A stretch of 64,000 nt of DNA. Origin: an uncultured Clostridium sp. (GTDB taxonomy: Bacteria > Bacillota > Clostridia > TANB77 > CAG-508). The notes beneath the pieces are model-generated. The model was given only the letters and a program-made list of their open reading frames with translations. It made no database searches and was not told the DNA's origin. Shown piece by piece: positions 1 through 9,758 of this stretch. The stretch's first letter is position 1; each line of letters starts with the position of its first letter. The stretch spans positions 97,859 to 161,858 of the forward strand of contig CABVAF010000003.1 in assembly GCA_902496295.1 (NCBI GenBank), written 5' to 3'. The translations under genes and the position numbers were made by a program.

Positions 1-109
1 AGTTACAGTTGAATTACTAGGTGGAGAATTAAGCGTAGAATGGAATGAAAAAGACAACCATGTATATATGACAGGACCAGCTACCACAGTATTTAGAGGT
101 AGAATTTAA
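1..109 (+). CDS. dapF: diaminopimelate epimerase, C-terminal fragment (5' end outside window)
   Basis: Open frame from nt 2 to TAA at 107-109. The tail ...[23 protein letters not shown] resembles the conserved DapF C-terminus. Directly upstream of dapL. Confidence 0.55.
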   Translation, partial: VTVELLGGELSVEWNEKDNHVYMTGPATTVFRGRI

Positions 110-184
110 AAGCTATAAAGAAGCTAAAAGAAAGTAGGCGTGATATATTAATTAAATAAAATAGTAAAGGAAAGTAGGCATAAT

Positions 185-1384
185 ATGGTTAAATTAAATA
201 AAAATTTTTTGAATTTGCAAGATAGCTATTTATTTTCAACAGTAAATAGAAAAGTTAATGATTTTAAAAAAAGAAATCCAGAAAAAAGAATTATAAACTT
301 AGGAATAGGAGATGTAACGAAACCAATACCTAACATAATTACAGAAACAATGAAAATGGCATGTGACGAAATGAAAGAGCAATCTACTTTTAGAGGATAT
401 GGACCAGAGCAAGGGTATGATTTTTTAAAAGAAAAGATAATAAAGTTTGATTATAACATTAGAGGGATCGATTTGGATTTAGATGAGGTATTTGTCTCAG
501 ATGGTGCTAAGTGCGATATTGGAAATATAGTAGATTTATTTGAGAAAGATAACATAGTTGCAATTACTGATCCAGTTTATCCTGTTTATTTAGATACAAA
601 CATAATTGCAGGAAGAAATATTATTTTTATGTCATGTAATAAAGAAAATAATTTTATACCAGAAATTCCAAATAAAGTACCAGATATTATTTATCTTTGT
701 TATCCTAATAATCCAACAGGAATGGTATTAAAAAAAGAAGAGTTAAAAAAATGGGTGGACTTTGCAAGAGAAAATAACTCGATTATATTGTTTGATTCTG
801 CATATGAGGCATTTATAACAGAAAAGGATATACCGCATAGTATTTTTGAGATAGATGGAGCAAAAGAAGTTGCAATAGAATTTAGAAGCTTTTCTAAGAC
901 TGCTGGGTTTACAGGGATAAGATGTGCATATACAATTGTACCTAAAGAACTGAAAAGAAAAATAGAGTGTAAAGAACAAAATAAAGAGATAGAAAGTTCA
1001 TTAAATAAAATGTGGAATAGAAGACATTGTACTAAATTTAATGGTGTATCATATATAACTCAAAGAGGAGCAGAAGCTGTATACAATGAAGAAGTACAGA
1101 AACAATTGAAAGAAAATATTAAATATTATATGGAAAATGCAAAAATAATTAAAGAAAAATTTGCAAAAGCAGGAATAGAAGCATATGGAGGAATTAATGC
1201 GCCATATATATGGTTAAAAGTACCAAATGGAGAAACATCTTGGGAATTTTTTGATAGAATGATAGAAACGTATGGAATAGTTGGAACTCCTGGCTCTGGA
1301 TTTGGAAAAAATGGAGAGGGCTACTTTAGATTAACTGGTTTTGGAAAAAGAGAAGATGCAGAAAGCATAAACTTAAAAACATAA
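185..1384 (+). CDS. dapL: LL-diaminopimelate aminotransferase (class I/II aminotransferase)
   Basis: 399-aa ORF. N-terminus NKNFLNLQDSYLFSTV and the SFSKTAGFTG PLP-lysine motif are typical of DapL. SD-like AAAGGAAAG upstream. Confidence 0.85.
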   Translation: MVKLNKNFLNLQDSYLFSTVNRKVNDFKKRNPEKRIINLGIGDVTKPIPNIITETMKMACDEMKEQSTFRGYGPEQGYDFLKEKIIKFDYNIRGIDLDLDEVFVSDGAKCDIGNIVDLFEKDNIVAITDPVYPVYLDTNIIAGRNIIFMSCNKENNFIPEIPNKVPDIIYLCYPNNPTGMVLKKEELKKWVDFARENNSIILFDSAYEAFITEKDIPHSIFEIDGAKEVAIEFRSFSKTAGFTGIRCAYTIVPKELKRKIECKEQNKEIESSLNKMWNRRHCTKFNGVSYITQRGAEAVYNEEVQKQLKENIKYYMENAKIIKEKFAKAGIEAYGGINAPYIWLKVPNGETSWEFFDRMIETYGIVGTPGSGFGKNGEGYFRLTGFGKREDAESINLKT

Positions 1385-1443
1385 ATGTAGATTAAAAAAT
1401 GTATGTGCTAAAATTAACAAAAAGTTAGTATTAAAAAATAAAC

Positions 1444-2037
1444 TTAAAACAATGTTAGTGGGTCAATATAATTTCCATCTACTCTAACGCCTAAATGTAA
1501 ATGAGGACCGGTGGTAGCTCCATTAGTGGGGTTACCATTTTCGTCGTAATATTGGTTACCAACAACCCCATAAACATTTTTAGGACCAACATAGCCAATA
1601 ACCATACCCTGAGTTACAATATCATTTTCTTTTACTATATAGTTTGGTGAAACATGACAATAGGTTATTTTTAAATTGTTAACAGAAAGAGTAATAGTAT
1701 AGCCACCACCGCCTAAGAAACCAGTAAAAGTAATTTTACCATTACAAACAGCTAGTATTTTACTACCTTCAGGAGCTCCAATGTCAATACCTTTATGATA
1801 TGATGTTGCACCAGTTGTGGGAGAGTTCCTTTTACCGAAATATGAATTTATAGTAGTGAACCCAGGAGTTGGCCATAAATATCCAGATGGGCTAATGCTA
1901 GAAAGCACAATGTTTTCTGCTAAAAGTATATTACTGTCAGATAAAATTATAGGGGAGAAAAAACAAGATATAAATATAACTAAAATAAATATAGCAACAA
2001 ATATAAAAGAAAACGAATTAAAAAGACTATTAAACAT
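1444..2037 (-). CDS. M23/LytM-family metallopeptidase with N-terminal membrane anchor
   Basis: YHKGIDIGAPEGSKI and GPHLHLGVRVDGNYIDP motifs (HxxxD / HxH of M23). Hydrophobic N-terminus. Confidence 0.8.
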   Translation of the reverse strand: MFNSLFNSFSFIFVAIFILVIFISCFFSPIILSDSNILLAENIVLSSISPSGYLWPTPGFTTINSYFGKRNSPTTGATSYHKGIDIGAPEGSKILAVCNGKITFTGFLGGGGYTITLSVNNLKITYCHVSPNYIVKENDIVTQGMVIGYVGPKNVYGVVGNQYYDENGNPTNGATTGPHLHLGVRVDGNYIDPLTLF

Positions 2038-2079
2038 AATAATACTCCTTACTAAATTTAATAGCCCCCAATATATAGA

Positions 2080-2553
2080 TTATTTTTCTGTTTCTTTTTT
2101 CTTTTTAAAAGCAAAAAATTTACTAAAAAAGAAATTTAATATAATAACAATAATAGTCATTATAACTTTGTTAATTAAATAAGCAATATTATCACTAAAC
2201 ATTCCATAGAATGAGTGAATTACATCATTTAATAAAAATACTCCTACAATTTCTACTATCATTGTAAAAGCTCTGGCAAGTATAAATCTACCAAATTCAG
2301 CAATTTTCTCTTTAAAGGTATGTGCATATGATGTAAATACCCATTTTCTATTAGTAAAATATGCAAATAGAATAGAGCATATAATACCAATAGTACTTGC
2401 TAAATTTCCTTCTACATTAAATACTGCTGTTAATACAAAAGAAATAGATACATTAACTAAAGTTGTTAAAACACCAAATATAACGTAAGATATTACTTCT
2501 TTTGTACAAAATTTTTTTATTAATCCTTTTATTTTTTCCATTTGTAACTCCAA
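2080..2553 (-). CDS. GtrA-family membrane protein
   Basis: 157 aa with four hydrophobic segments. VISYVIFGVLTTLVN...NRKWVF pattern is typical of GtrA-like proteins. Confidence 0.7.
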   Translation of the reverse strand: MELQMEKIKGLIKKFCTKEVISYVIFGVLTTLVNVSISFVLTAVFNVEGNLASTIGIICSILFAYFTNRKWVFTSYAHTFKEKIAEFGRFILARAFTMIVEIVGVFLLNDVIHSFYGMFSDNIAYLINKVIMTIIVIILNFFFSKFFAFKKKKETEK

Positions 2554-2685
2554 AATATAATATAACGAAAATAATTATAGCATTTATAAAATAAAAAAAC
2601 AAGGAATGTTTGTGGAAAAGTTGAGAAACTATTTTTGGTATATTACAGCTAGAGATAAGATTAAGAAAAGATTATAGGATAACAA

Positions 2686-2722
2686 ATAAAGGTTCCTGTT
2701 CTTAAGAAGCAGAAACCTTTAT
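2686..2722 (-). terminator. hairpin downstream of tRNA-Trp
   Basis: ATAAAGGTTCCTG / CAGAAACCTTTAT 13-bp stem with one mismatch, followed on the minus strand by TTTGTT. Confidence 0.45.
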
Positions 2723-2730
2723 TAATAATT

Positions 2731-2806
2731 TGGCAGGGGTAGAAGGATTCGAACCCTCACCTGTGGTTTTGGAGACCATTATGCTAGCCGTTAACACTAT
2801 ACCCCT
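2731..2806 (-). tRNA. trnW: tRNA-Trp (anticodon CCA)
   Basis: 76-nt cloverleaf read on the minus strand. Acceptor AGGGGTA/TACCCCT, anticodon loop CUCCAAA, T-loop GGTTCGAATCC, encoded 3' CCA. Confidence 0.9.
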
Positions 2807-2880
2807 AAAAATATAAAGTTACTATATTATATTAGCACAAAAACATAGTTTATGCAAGAAAAAATAAAAATATTAATTAA

Positions 2881-2925
2881 AAAAAGTAAATTCTACAAAA
2901 AAGTTTAATGTAGAATTTACTTTTT
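2881..2925 (-). terminator. intrinsic terminator after the PRTase-like gene
   Basis: Perfect 17-bp stem AAAAAGTAAATTCTACA / TGTAGAATTTACTTTTT with A/T runs on both sides (bidirectional). Confidence 0.6.
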
Positions 2926-2928
2926 TAG

Positions 2929-3789
2929 TTAATTATTTAAATTATATAAATTTCCATCTACTAAAAGTTTAGCTCTTTTAGCTGTTTTTTCATCTGAATG
3001 TAAAGCATTTTCTAAAAAATCTGGATGATTTATTAAAAAGTTTCTCATAGTTTCATCAGGAGATTTAAAGAATTGTTCTAACATTTCCAATTGTTTTTCA
3101 TTTATAAAGCCATTTTCAAATGCTGTTTTAAATAAGGTGTTATCAACTTGAACCAAAGAGAAAGATCTTACATTCTCTTTTTCTAAAACTTCTTTTCCAC
3201 CTTGCATACGATCGACTACTACACAAGACCAGCATATATTTCCACCTAATTGTTTAATTGCTGGAATCCAAGCCCTTACATAACTTGAGGCAACTGTAAC
3301 TAAGTCTGCTATATGTAGAACTTTTTTATTATTAATATTTTCTATTTTAGATGTATTTTCAAAAATGCTGTTACTTACAACAGTAGATAAGTCTTTATAT
3401 ATTGTAATATGTGGTTTATTTAGTAAATAAGCAATAATATTTGAGAAAAACCAATCTCTTCTTTCTCCACCAGAAATATAGTCAACTTCGTCAAGATTTA
3501 TATTACTTAAAATATAACTTTTCATAGCTTCTATTACATTGTGGTAAATCTCATTTTTATTATATTGCTCTAATGTTTTTTCAAAAACTTTTTTAGGTAG
3601 TGTCATTTTATCAGATAGTGATTCATCAATAAAAGATAAAAAATTTGTAGCATCTTCTTGACTACCATACACAAAATGAGTATTTATGAAATATGGACCA
3701 ATCTTTCCAGATGTATACCAAAATGGCTTGTTTTCATCACAAAATTTAATTGCTTTAGTTGTAAATAAATAAGACATAATATTAGACAT
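2929..3789 (-). CDS. phosphoribosyltransferase-like protein, possible atypical orotate phosphoribosyltransferase
   Basis: 286 aa. KFCDENKPFWYTSGKIGPYFIN and ISGGERRDWFFS resemble OPRTase-like proteins. PRPP-loop-like VLHIADLVTVASS. Divergent from a pyr operon that has no in-line pyrE. Confidence 0.5.
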   Translation of the reverse strand: MSNIMSYLFTTKAIKFCDENKPFWYTSGKIGPYFINTHFVYGSQEDATNFLSFIDESLSDKMTLPKKVFEKTLEQYNKNEIYHNVIEAMKSYILSNINLDEVDYISGGERRDWFFSNIIAYLLNKPHITIYKDLSTVVSNSIFENTSKIENINNKKVLHIADLVTVASSYVRAWIPAIKQLGGNICWSCVVVDRMQGGKEVLEKENVRSFSLVQVDNTLFKTAFENGFINEKQLEMLEQFFKSPDETMRNFLINHPDFLENALHSDEKTAKRAKLLVDGNLYNLNN

Positions 3790-3879
3790 AAAAATACCTC
3801 CTTAATTTATTAAAAGAATATTATAAAAAAATAAATATGTCAATGGTAAGAAATTTTTTAATACATAAAAATTAAACCA

Positions 3880-3908
3880 TTGACAATTTCTTTATAAAAA
3901 TATATAGT
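3880..3908 (+). promoter_or_regulatory. sigma-A-type promoter of the pyr operon
   Basis: TTGACA, 17-nt spacer, TATAGT, about 25 nt upstream of the pyrB SD. Confidence 0.5.
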
Positions 3909-3932
3909 AATAAAAAATTATAGGAGGGAAAA

Positions 3933-4847
3933 ATGAAACATTTAATTGATATTAAAGATTTATCAACAGATGAAATTAACCACCTTATAGAAATTGCACA
4001 AGACATAATAAAAAACAAAGAAAAATACTCAAAAAAATGTGATGGGAAGAAAATTGCAACATTGTTTTATGAACCAAGTACAAGAACAAGATTAAGTTTT
4101 GAAGCTGCTATGTTAGAGCTTGGAGGAAATGTATTAGGATTTTCAACAGCAGATTCAAGTTCTGTAGCAAAAGGTGAAAGCGTATCAGATACTGCAAAAG
4201 TTATTAGTGGATATGCAGATATAATTGTAATGAGACATCCAAAAGAGGGAGCACCTTTAGTTGCATCAATGAAGTCAGAAGTTCCAGTTATAAATGCTGG
4301 TGATGGAGGACATAATCATCCAACTCAAACATTAACAGATTTATTAACAATTCAATGTGAAAAACACAGGTTATCTAATTTAACAATTGGAATCTGTGGA
4401 GATTTAAAATTCGGAAGAACAGTTCATTCTTTAATAGCCGCAATGGCAAGATATAAAAATATTAAATTCGTATTAATTTCTCCAAAGGAATTAGGAATTC
4501 CAGAATATATAAGAAAAGATATATTGGAAAAAAATAATATTCCATACTATGAAACAAATGACTTAGAAAAATACATGCCTGACTTAGATATTTTATATAT
4601 GACAAGGGTACAAAAAGAAAGATTTTTTAATGAAGATGATTACATTAGATTAAAAGATGCTTATGTGTTAGATAAGGAAAAATTGGAAAATGCAAAAGAA
4701 AATTTATGTATAATGCATCCATTGCCAAGAGTAAACGAAATATCAGTAGAAGTAGATGATGACAAAAGGGCTTGTTATTTTAAGCAAGCTAAATATGGAA
4801 AATATATAAGAATGGCACTTATACTTGAGTTACTTGAAATAAAATAG
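3933..4847 (+). CDS. pyrB: aspartate carbamoyltransferase catalytic subunit
   Basis: STRTRLSFE and HPTQ/HPLPR motifs. Strong SD AGGAGGG. Confidence 0.95.
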   Translation: MKHLIDIKDLSTDEINHLIEIAQDIIKNKEKYSKKCDGKKIATLFYEPSTRTRLSFEAAMLELGGNVLGFSTADSSSVAKGESVSDTAKVISGYADIIVMRHPKEGAPLVASMKSEVPVINAGDGGHNHPTQTLTDLLTIQCEKHRLSNLTIGICGDLKFGRTVHSLIAAMARYKNIKFVLISPKELGIPEYIRKDILEKNNIPYYETNDLEKYMPDLDILYMTRVQKERFFNEDDYIRLKDAYVLDKEKLENAKENLCIMHPLPRVNEISVEVDDDKRACYFKQAKYGKYIRMALILELLEIK

Positions 4848-4856
4848 GAGGGGTAT

Positions 4857-5276
4857 ATGAATATTGATAGTATAGAAAATGGATATGTTATAGACCATAT
4901 AGAAGCTGGAAAAAGTTTTGAAATATATAATTATTTAAAGTTAGGAGATTTAGATACATCTGTTGCAATTATAAAAAACGCTAAAAGCCAGAAACAGAGT
5001 AAAAAAGATATAATAAAAATATCTGATACGATGGATATAAATTTAGATATATTAGGATATTTAGATTCAAATATTACAATAAACAAAATTGAGAATGGCA
5101 AAATTGTAGAAAAGTATCATCCAGATTTACCAGAAAAATTAGTAAATATAATTAAATGCAAGAATCCTAGATGCATTACTTCAATTGAACAAGAATTGCC
5201 ACATATTTGCGAGTTAACAGATAAAGAAAATGCTGTATATAGATGTAAATATTGTGAAGAGAAAGTTAACAGATAA
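4857..5276 (+). CDS. pyrI: aspartate carbamoyltransferase regulatory subunit
   Basis: 139 aa with C-terminal zinc motif CKNPRC...CKYC. Immediately after pyrB. Confidence 0.9.
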   Translation: MNIDSIENGYVIDHIEAGKSFEIYNYLKLGDLDTSVAIIKNAKSQKQSKKDIIKISDTMDINLDILGYLDSNITINKIENGKIVEKYHPDLPEKLVNIIKCKNPRCITSIEQELPHICELTDKENAVYRCKYCEEKVNR

Positions 5277-5318
5277 AGTGAAGAATGCTTATATTTATAT
5301 AAAAATAGGGAGGTATAT

Positions 5319-6590
5319 ATGAAAATTTTATTAAAAGGTGGAAGAGTTATAGATTATAAGAATAAAATAGATAGTAAACTTGATATTTTATTAGAAAATG
5401 AAAAAATAACTAAAATAGGTAAAGATATAGAGGAACAAGTAGATAGAGAAATTGATTGTAAAGGGTTAAATATAATTCCGGGAATGATAGATATACATTG
5501 TCATTTAAGAGAACCAGGATTTGAATATAAAGAAACAATAGAGACAGGTGCTAAAAGTGCAGTTGCAGGAGGATTTACAACTATATGCCCAATGCCAAAT
5601 ACTAAACCAACTCCAGATAATGTCGAAACTCTTGAAAAGATAATAGAAGAAGCCAAAAGAGTAAATTTATGCAACATATTACCATATGCGTCAGTAACTA
5701 AAGGAGAAAAAGGAGAGGAACTAGTAAATTTTGAAGAACTAAAAAAAGCGGGTGCAATTGCATTTTCAGATGATGGAATGCCAGTAGTAAATAGCAAAGC
5801 TATGAGAACAGCAATGATAGAAGCAGATAAATTAGGAACATATGTTGCATCACATTGTGAGGAAAAGTCTGTATCTGCTGGAGCAATAAATGCAGGAAGT
5901 GTAGCAGAAAAACTTGAAGTAGAAGGCGTTTTACCAGAAGCGGAAGAAATAATGGCTGCAAGAGAGATTGTTATTTCTGAAACAAATAATGTAAGAGGGC
6001 ACATATGCCATATTAGTACAAAAACTAGCAAAGATATGATTAGAGATGCTAAAAAAAGAGGGGTAAAAATTACTTGTGAGACATGTCCACATTATTTTAC
6101 ATTTACTGTACAAGAAGTTTTAAATGCAGGAACAAATGCAAAAATGAATCCTCCTTTAAGAGAAGAAAAGGATAGAAAAGCAATAATAGAAGGCTTAAAA
6201 GAGGGAACTATTGATTGCATTATAACCGACCATGCACCACATAGTAAGGAAGAAAAAGAACAACCATTAGCAAAAGCACCAAATGGAATAATTGGATTTG
6301 AGACAGCACTTCCAGCAGAAATAATGAATTTAATAGATACAAAAGAATTAGATTACTTTGACTTAGTAAGATTAACATCTTATACTCCAGCAAGTTTGCT
6401 AAAAATAGATAGAGGAACTTTAGAAGAGGGAAAAGTTGCAGACATAACTATATTTGACGAAAATGAGAAGTACGTTTATACAGAAGAGATGATTGTTTCA
6501 AAATCAAAAAATAGTCCTTTTATAGGAAAAGAATTAAAAGGTAAAGTAAAATATACTATAGTAGGTGGAAGAGTAGTATATGAAGGTTAA
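5319..6590 (+). CDS. pyrC: dihydroorotase
   Basis: DIHCHLREPG metal-binding motif and DHAPH motif. 423 aa. Confidence 0.93.
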   Translation: MKILLKGGRVIDYKNKIDSKLDILLENEKITKIGKDIEEQVDREIDCKGLNIIPGMIDIHCHLREPGFEYKETIETGAKSAVAGGFTTICPMPNTKPTPDNVETLEKIIEEAKRVNLCNILPYASVTKGEKGEELVNFEELKKAGAIAFSDDGMPVVNSKAMRTAMIEADKLGTYVASHCEEKSVSAGAINAGSVAEKLEVEGVLPEAEEIMAAREIVISETNNVRGHICHISTKTSKDMIRDAKKRGVKITCETCPHYFTFTVQEVLNAGTNAKMNPPLREEKDRKAIIEGLKEGTIDCIITDHAPHSKEEKEQPLAKAPNGIIGFETALPAEIMNLIDTKELDYFDLVRLTSYTPASLLKIDRGTLEEGKVADITIFDENEKYVYTEEMIVSKSKNSPFIGKELKGKVKYTIVGGRVVYEG

Positions 6591-6656
6591 GTATAAAAAA
6601 TTTAAGTTTATATACAAATAACATAAATGAATATAAAGCTAGAGAAAGGATGAAAA

Positions 6657-7592
6657 TTGTTTATGGTAAATGCAATAGATAGATTAATAGAAAAAATAAA
6701 AGAAACAAAAAATCCAACAGTAATAGGGTTGGATCCAAGATATGATATGATTCCAAAACAAATAAGAGATAAATATAATACAGATTTGGAAGGGGTTTCG
6801 AAAGCAATTTTAGAATTTAATAAAGCGTTAATTGATGCAACATATGATATAATTCCAGCAGTAAAACCACAAGTTGCTTTTTACGAAATGTATGGAATAG
6901 AAGGAATGAAAGCTTTTGAAGAAACCTGCAAATATGCAAAAGAAAAAGGAATGGTAGTTATAGCAGACATAAAAAGAAGTGATATAGGAACTACCGCAAA
7001 AGCATATTCAAATGCATTTTTAGGAAGAACAAAAATTGGAGATAAAGAAGTTCCAATTTATGATGTGGATTTTGTAACTTTAAACCCATATATGGGAATT
7101 GATAGTATAAAACCTTTTATAGATGATTGCAAAGAGTATAATAAAGGCGCATTTATATTAGTAAAAACATCTAATCCATCTTCAGGAGAATTGCAAGACT
7201 TAAAACTAGAAAATGGAGATGAAGTTTATAAAAATGTTATAAAATTAGTAGAAGAATGGGGAAAAGAATTGATTGGAGAATATGGATATAGCAGTATTTC
7301 AGCAGTGGTTGGAGCAACTTATCCTAAACAACTAGAAGAGTTAAGAAGTATTGCAACACATACATTTTTCCTAATACCTGGCTATGGTGCACAAGGCGGA
7401 AAAGCAGAAGATATTTCGTTTGGCTTTGATAAAAATGGAATAGGTGGAATTGTAAACAGTTCAAGAGGATTAATGTGTGCATATAAAGCAGATTTATGGA
7501 AAGAAAAATATGGAGAAGAAAATTTTGCAGAAGCAACAAGGGCAGAGGCAATAAGAATGAGAGATGAATTAAATAGTGTTATATTAGATTAG
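6657..7592 (+). CDS. pyrF: orotidine 5'-phosphate decarboxylase (long, type 2)
   Basis: VIGLDP, ADIKRSDIGTT and LVKTSNPSS motifs. Start is TTG at 6657 (6 nt after GAAAGGA) or ATG at 6663. Confidence 0.9.
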   Translation: MFMVNAIDRLIEKIKETKNPTVIGLDPRYDMIPKQIRDKYNTDLEGVSKAILEFNKALIDATYDIIPAVKPQVAFYEMYGIEGMKAFEETCKYAKEKGMVVIADIKRSDIGTTAKAYSNAFLGRTKIGDKEVPIYDVDFVTLNPYMGIDSIKPFIDDCKEYNKGAFILVKTSNPSSGELQDLKLENGDEVYKNVIKLVEEWGKELIGEYGYSSISAVVGATYPKQLEELRSIATHTFFLIPGYGAQGGKAEDISFGFDKNGIGGIVNSSRGLMCAYKADLWKEKYGEENFAEATRAEAIRMRDELNSVILD

Positions 7593-7603
7593 GAGGAATG
7601 AAA

Positions 7604-8395
7604 ATGCCAGAACAAGTTTTAGCAGATTTAGTAAAAAAAGAGGAGATAGTAAGTGGTGTATACAAATTCAGCTTAAAGGCAGAAAATATAGTAAAACAAG
7701 CAAAGCCAGGAAACTTTGTGGAAATAAGAATAACAGACCAAACAGAACCTTTTTTAAGAAGACCAATAAGCATACATAATTTAGATAGAGAAAACGGAAT
7801 ATTAGAAATTATATTTCAAATAAAAGGAAAAGGAACAGAACTTTTAGCAAGAAAACAAGTAGGAGAAAAAGTAGATGTAATTGGACCATTAGGTTATGGA
7901 ACATTTAAGCTAGAAAATTATAAAAAAATTGCTGTAATAGGTGGGGGAATAGGGATATTTCCATTATACGAACTTCTTAAACAAGCTAAGGAAAATGGAG
8001 TAGAAACAGGAGTATATCTAAGCTTTAGAAATAAAGACTTGGTTATGTTAGAAAAAGAGTTTGGGGAGATCACATCAAACTTAAATATATCTACAGATGA
8101 CGGGTCATATAAAAATAAAGGATTTGCAATTGACTTTTTAAAGAAAGATATGGAAAAAGAAAAATACGAATGTATTTATGCATGTGGACCAACACCAATG
8201 CTAAGAGCTGTAAAGAATTATGCGGTAGAAAACAATATAAATTGTCAAGTATCACTAGAAGAAAAAATGGCATGTGGACTAGGTGTATGCTTAGGATGTG
8301 CAGTAAAAACAACAGCAAGCCCAAAAGAAGCACCAGAATATTTCCATGTTTGTAAAGCAGGTCCAGTATTTAATTGCAATGATGTTGAATTTTAA
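7604..8395 (+). CDS. pyrK: dihydroorotate dehydrogenase B electron-transfer subunit
   Basis: FAD/NAD-binding RRPISI motif and C-terminal 2Fe-2S cysteines CGLGVCLGC. ATG at 7604 has better SD spacing than 7598. Confidence 0.9.
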   Translation: MPEQVLADLVKKEEIVSGVYKFSLKAENIVKQAKPGNFVEIRITDQTEPFLRRPISIHNLDRENGILEIIFQIKGKGTELLARKQVGEKVDVIGPLGYGTFKLENYKKIAVIGGGIGIFPLYELLKQAKENGVETGVYLSFRNKDLVMLEKEFGEITSNLNISTDDGSYKNKGFAIDFLKKDMEKEKYECIYACGPTPMLRAVKNYAVENNINCQVSLEEKMACGLGVCLGCAVKTTASPKEAPEYFHVCKAGPVFNCNDVEF

Positions 8396-8441
8396 ATATT
8401 AAATTTATGCAAATAGAATTTATTGAAATGGAGGAAATAAA

Positions 8442-9350
8442 ATGAATACGAAAGTAAATTTCGCAGGAATAGAAATGAAAAATCCAGTAACTGTTGCATC
8501 AGGTACATTTGGATATGGTAGAGAATATAGTAATTTTTTTGACTTAGGAAAATTAGGCGCTGTAATAACAAAAGGAACATCGTTAAAACCTAAAAGTGGA
8601 AACAAACCTCCAAGAGTATATGAAACAGCAAGTGGAATGATAAATAGTATAGGGCTTCAAAATCCGGGAGTTGAATTTTTTGCAAATAACGACTTACCAT
8701 TTTTAAGGCAATTTGATACAAAAATAATAGTTAATGCATGTGGCAGTTCCATAGAAGAATATGTCGAATTATGTAAGATTTTAAATAAACTAGACATAGA
8801 TGGAGTAGAACTAAATTTATCATGTCCTAACGTAAAAGAAGGATGTATGGCATTTGGTAATACTTATGAAGGAGTAAAAACTGTAACAAGTGCTGTAAGA
8901 AAAGTATTAGATAAACCTTTAATAGTAAAATTAACCCCTAATGTAACAGATATTGCAAGTATAGCAAAAGGTGTTGAAGATGGTGGAGCAGATGCAGTTT
9001 CTTTAATTAATACATTATTAGCTATGAAAATAGATATAAATACAAGAAAACCAGTTTTAGCTAATAATACAGGAGGACTATCTGGACCTGCCATAAAACC
9101 AGTCGCAGTAAGAATGGTATATCAAGTTTCTAAAGCAGTAAATATTCCTATAATGGGACTAGGTGGAATTATGTCAGGAGAAGATGCAATAGAATTTATG
9201 CTTGCAGGAGCAACTACAGTATCAATAGGAGCAGGAAATTTTGCAGACCCATATACAAGTATAAAAACAATAGAGGGAATAGAAAGTTACATGAAAAAAT
9301 ATAATATTGAAAATGTAACAGACATAGTTGGAAAAGTTGAAATGAATTAA
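8442..9350 (+). CDS. pyrD: dihydroorotate dehydrogenase B catalytic subunit
   Basis: NPVTVASGTFGYG, NLSCPNV and GGLSGPAIKP motifs. Confidence 0.95.
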   Translation: MNTKVNFAGIEMKNPVTVASGTFGYGREYSNFFDLGKLGAVITKGTSLKPKSGNKPPRVYETASGMINSIGLQNPGVEFFANNDLPFLRQFDTKIIVNACGSSIEEYVELCKILNKLDIDGVELNLSCPNVKEGCMAFGNTYEGVKTVTSAVRKVLDKPLIVKLTPNVTDIASIAKGVEDGGADAVSLINTLLAMKIDINTRKPVLANNTGGLSGPAIKPVAVRMVYQVSKAVNIPIMGLGGIMSGEDAIEFMLAGATTVSIGAGNFADPYTSIKTIEGIESYMKKYNIENVTDIVGKVEMN

Positions 9351-9428
9351 TAATTAACTATCAAATAACAGGCATAGCGAGTTAGTTTGTAATCTTGTTT
9401 TTCTCGTTGTGCATTAGAACCTATTTGT

Positions 9429-9456
9429 ACCATTTTGTCGGCGTCGACAAAATGGT
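9429..9456. repeat. perfect 12-bp inverted repeat with 4-nt loop
   Basis: ACCATTTTGTCG-GCGT-CGACAAAATGGT. No flanking T-run on either strand. Confidence 0.8.
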
Positions 9457-9531
9457 CAAAAACAGATATGTCGCTATTTTCACAAAATTCAGAAAACTAT
9501 ACTATATAAAATAATTTTTTTGATTTAAAAA

Positions 9532-9560
9532 TTGACAAATGTAAATTATCTGTGTATAAT
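9532..9560 (+). promoter_or_regulatory. consensus sigma-A promoter driving a short non-coding transcript
   Basis: TTGACA, 17-nt spacer, TATAAT. No protein-coding gene downstream on this strand. Confidence 0.5.
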
Positions 9561-9566
9561 AAATAT

Positions 9567-9653
9567 AGGAAATGAAAGCCACAGAAATGTGTGCTACCAT
9601 AAATTTATGATTACACCACATAGCTCGGCAAAGCAAAATGTGGTGTATTTTTA
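9567..9653 (+). ncRNA. candidate small RNA (putative antitoxin-type antisense RNA)
   Basis: Bounded by the promoter at 9532-9560 and by a 9-bp stem ACACCACAT/ATGTGGTGT (9613-9646) followed by ATTTTTATT. Convergent with the 35-aa hydrophobic ORF. Confidence 0.35.
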
Positions 9654-9758
9654 TTGTTCCTTATTACTTAGTATTATGTATATAATACTTAACAAGGCAA
9701 CGTTTATAGTTACAGAAAATATAAATCCTATAATTAGGAATAGTAAAAATTCTACCAT
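9651..9758 (-). CDS. 35-aa hydrophobic peptide, candidate type I toxin
   Basis: MVEFLLFLIIGFIFSVTINVALLSIIYIILSNKEQ. SD GGAGGTG sits 6 nt before the ATG. It is the internal, SD-supported start of track ORF 9651-9869. Confidence 0.4.
   Translation of the reverse strand: MVEFLLFLIIGFIFSVTINVALLSIIYIILSNKEQ

Noticed and set aside
140-184. Near-duplicate 17-mers GAAAGTAGGCGTGATAT and GAAAGTAGGCATAATAT upstream of dapL.
   Set aside because: This is a short tandem duplication of the SD/start context. I could not assign any structure or function to it, and it is probably a trivial local duplication.
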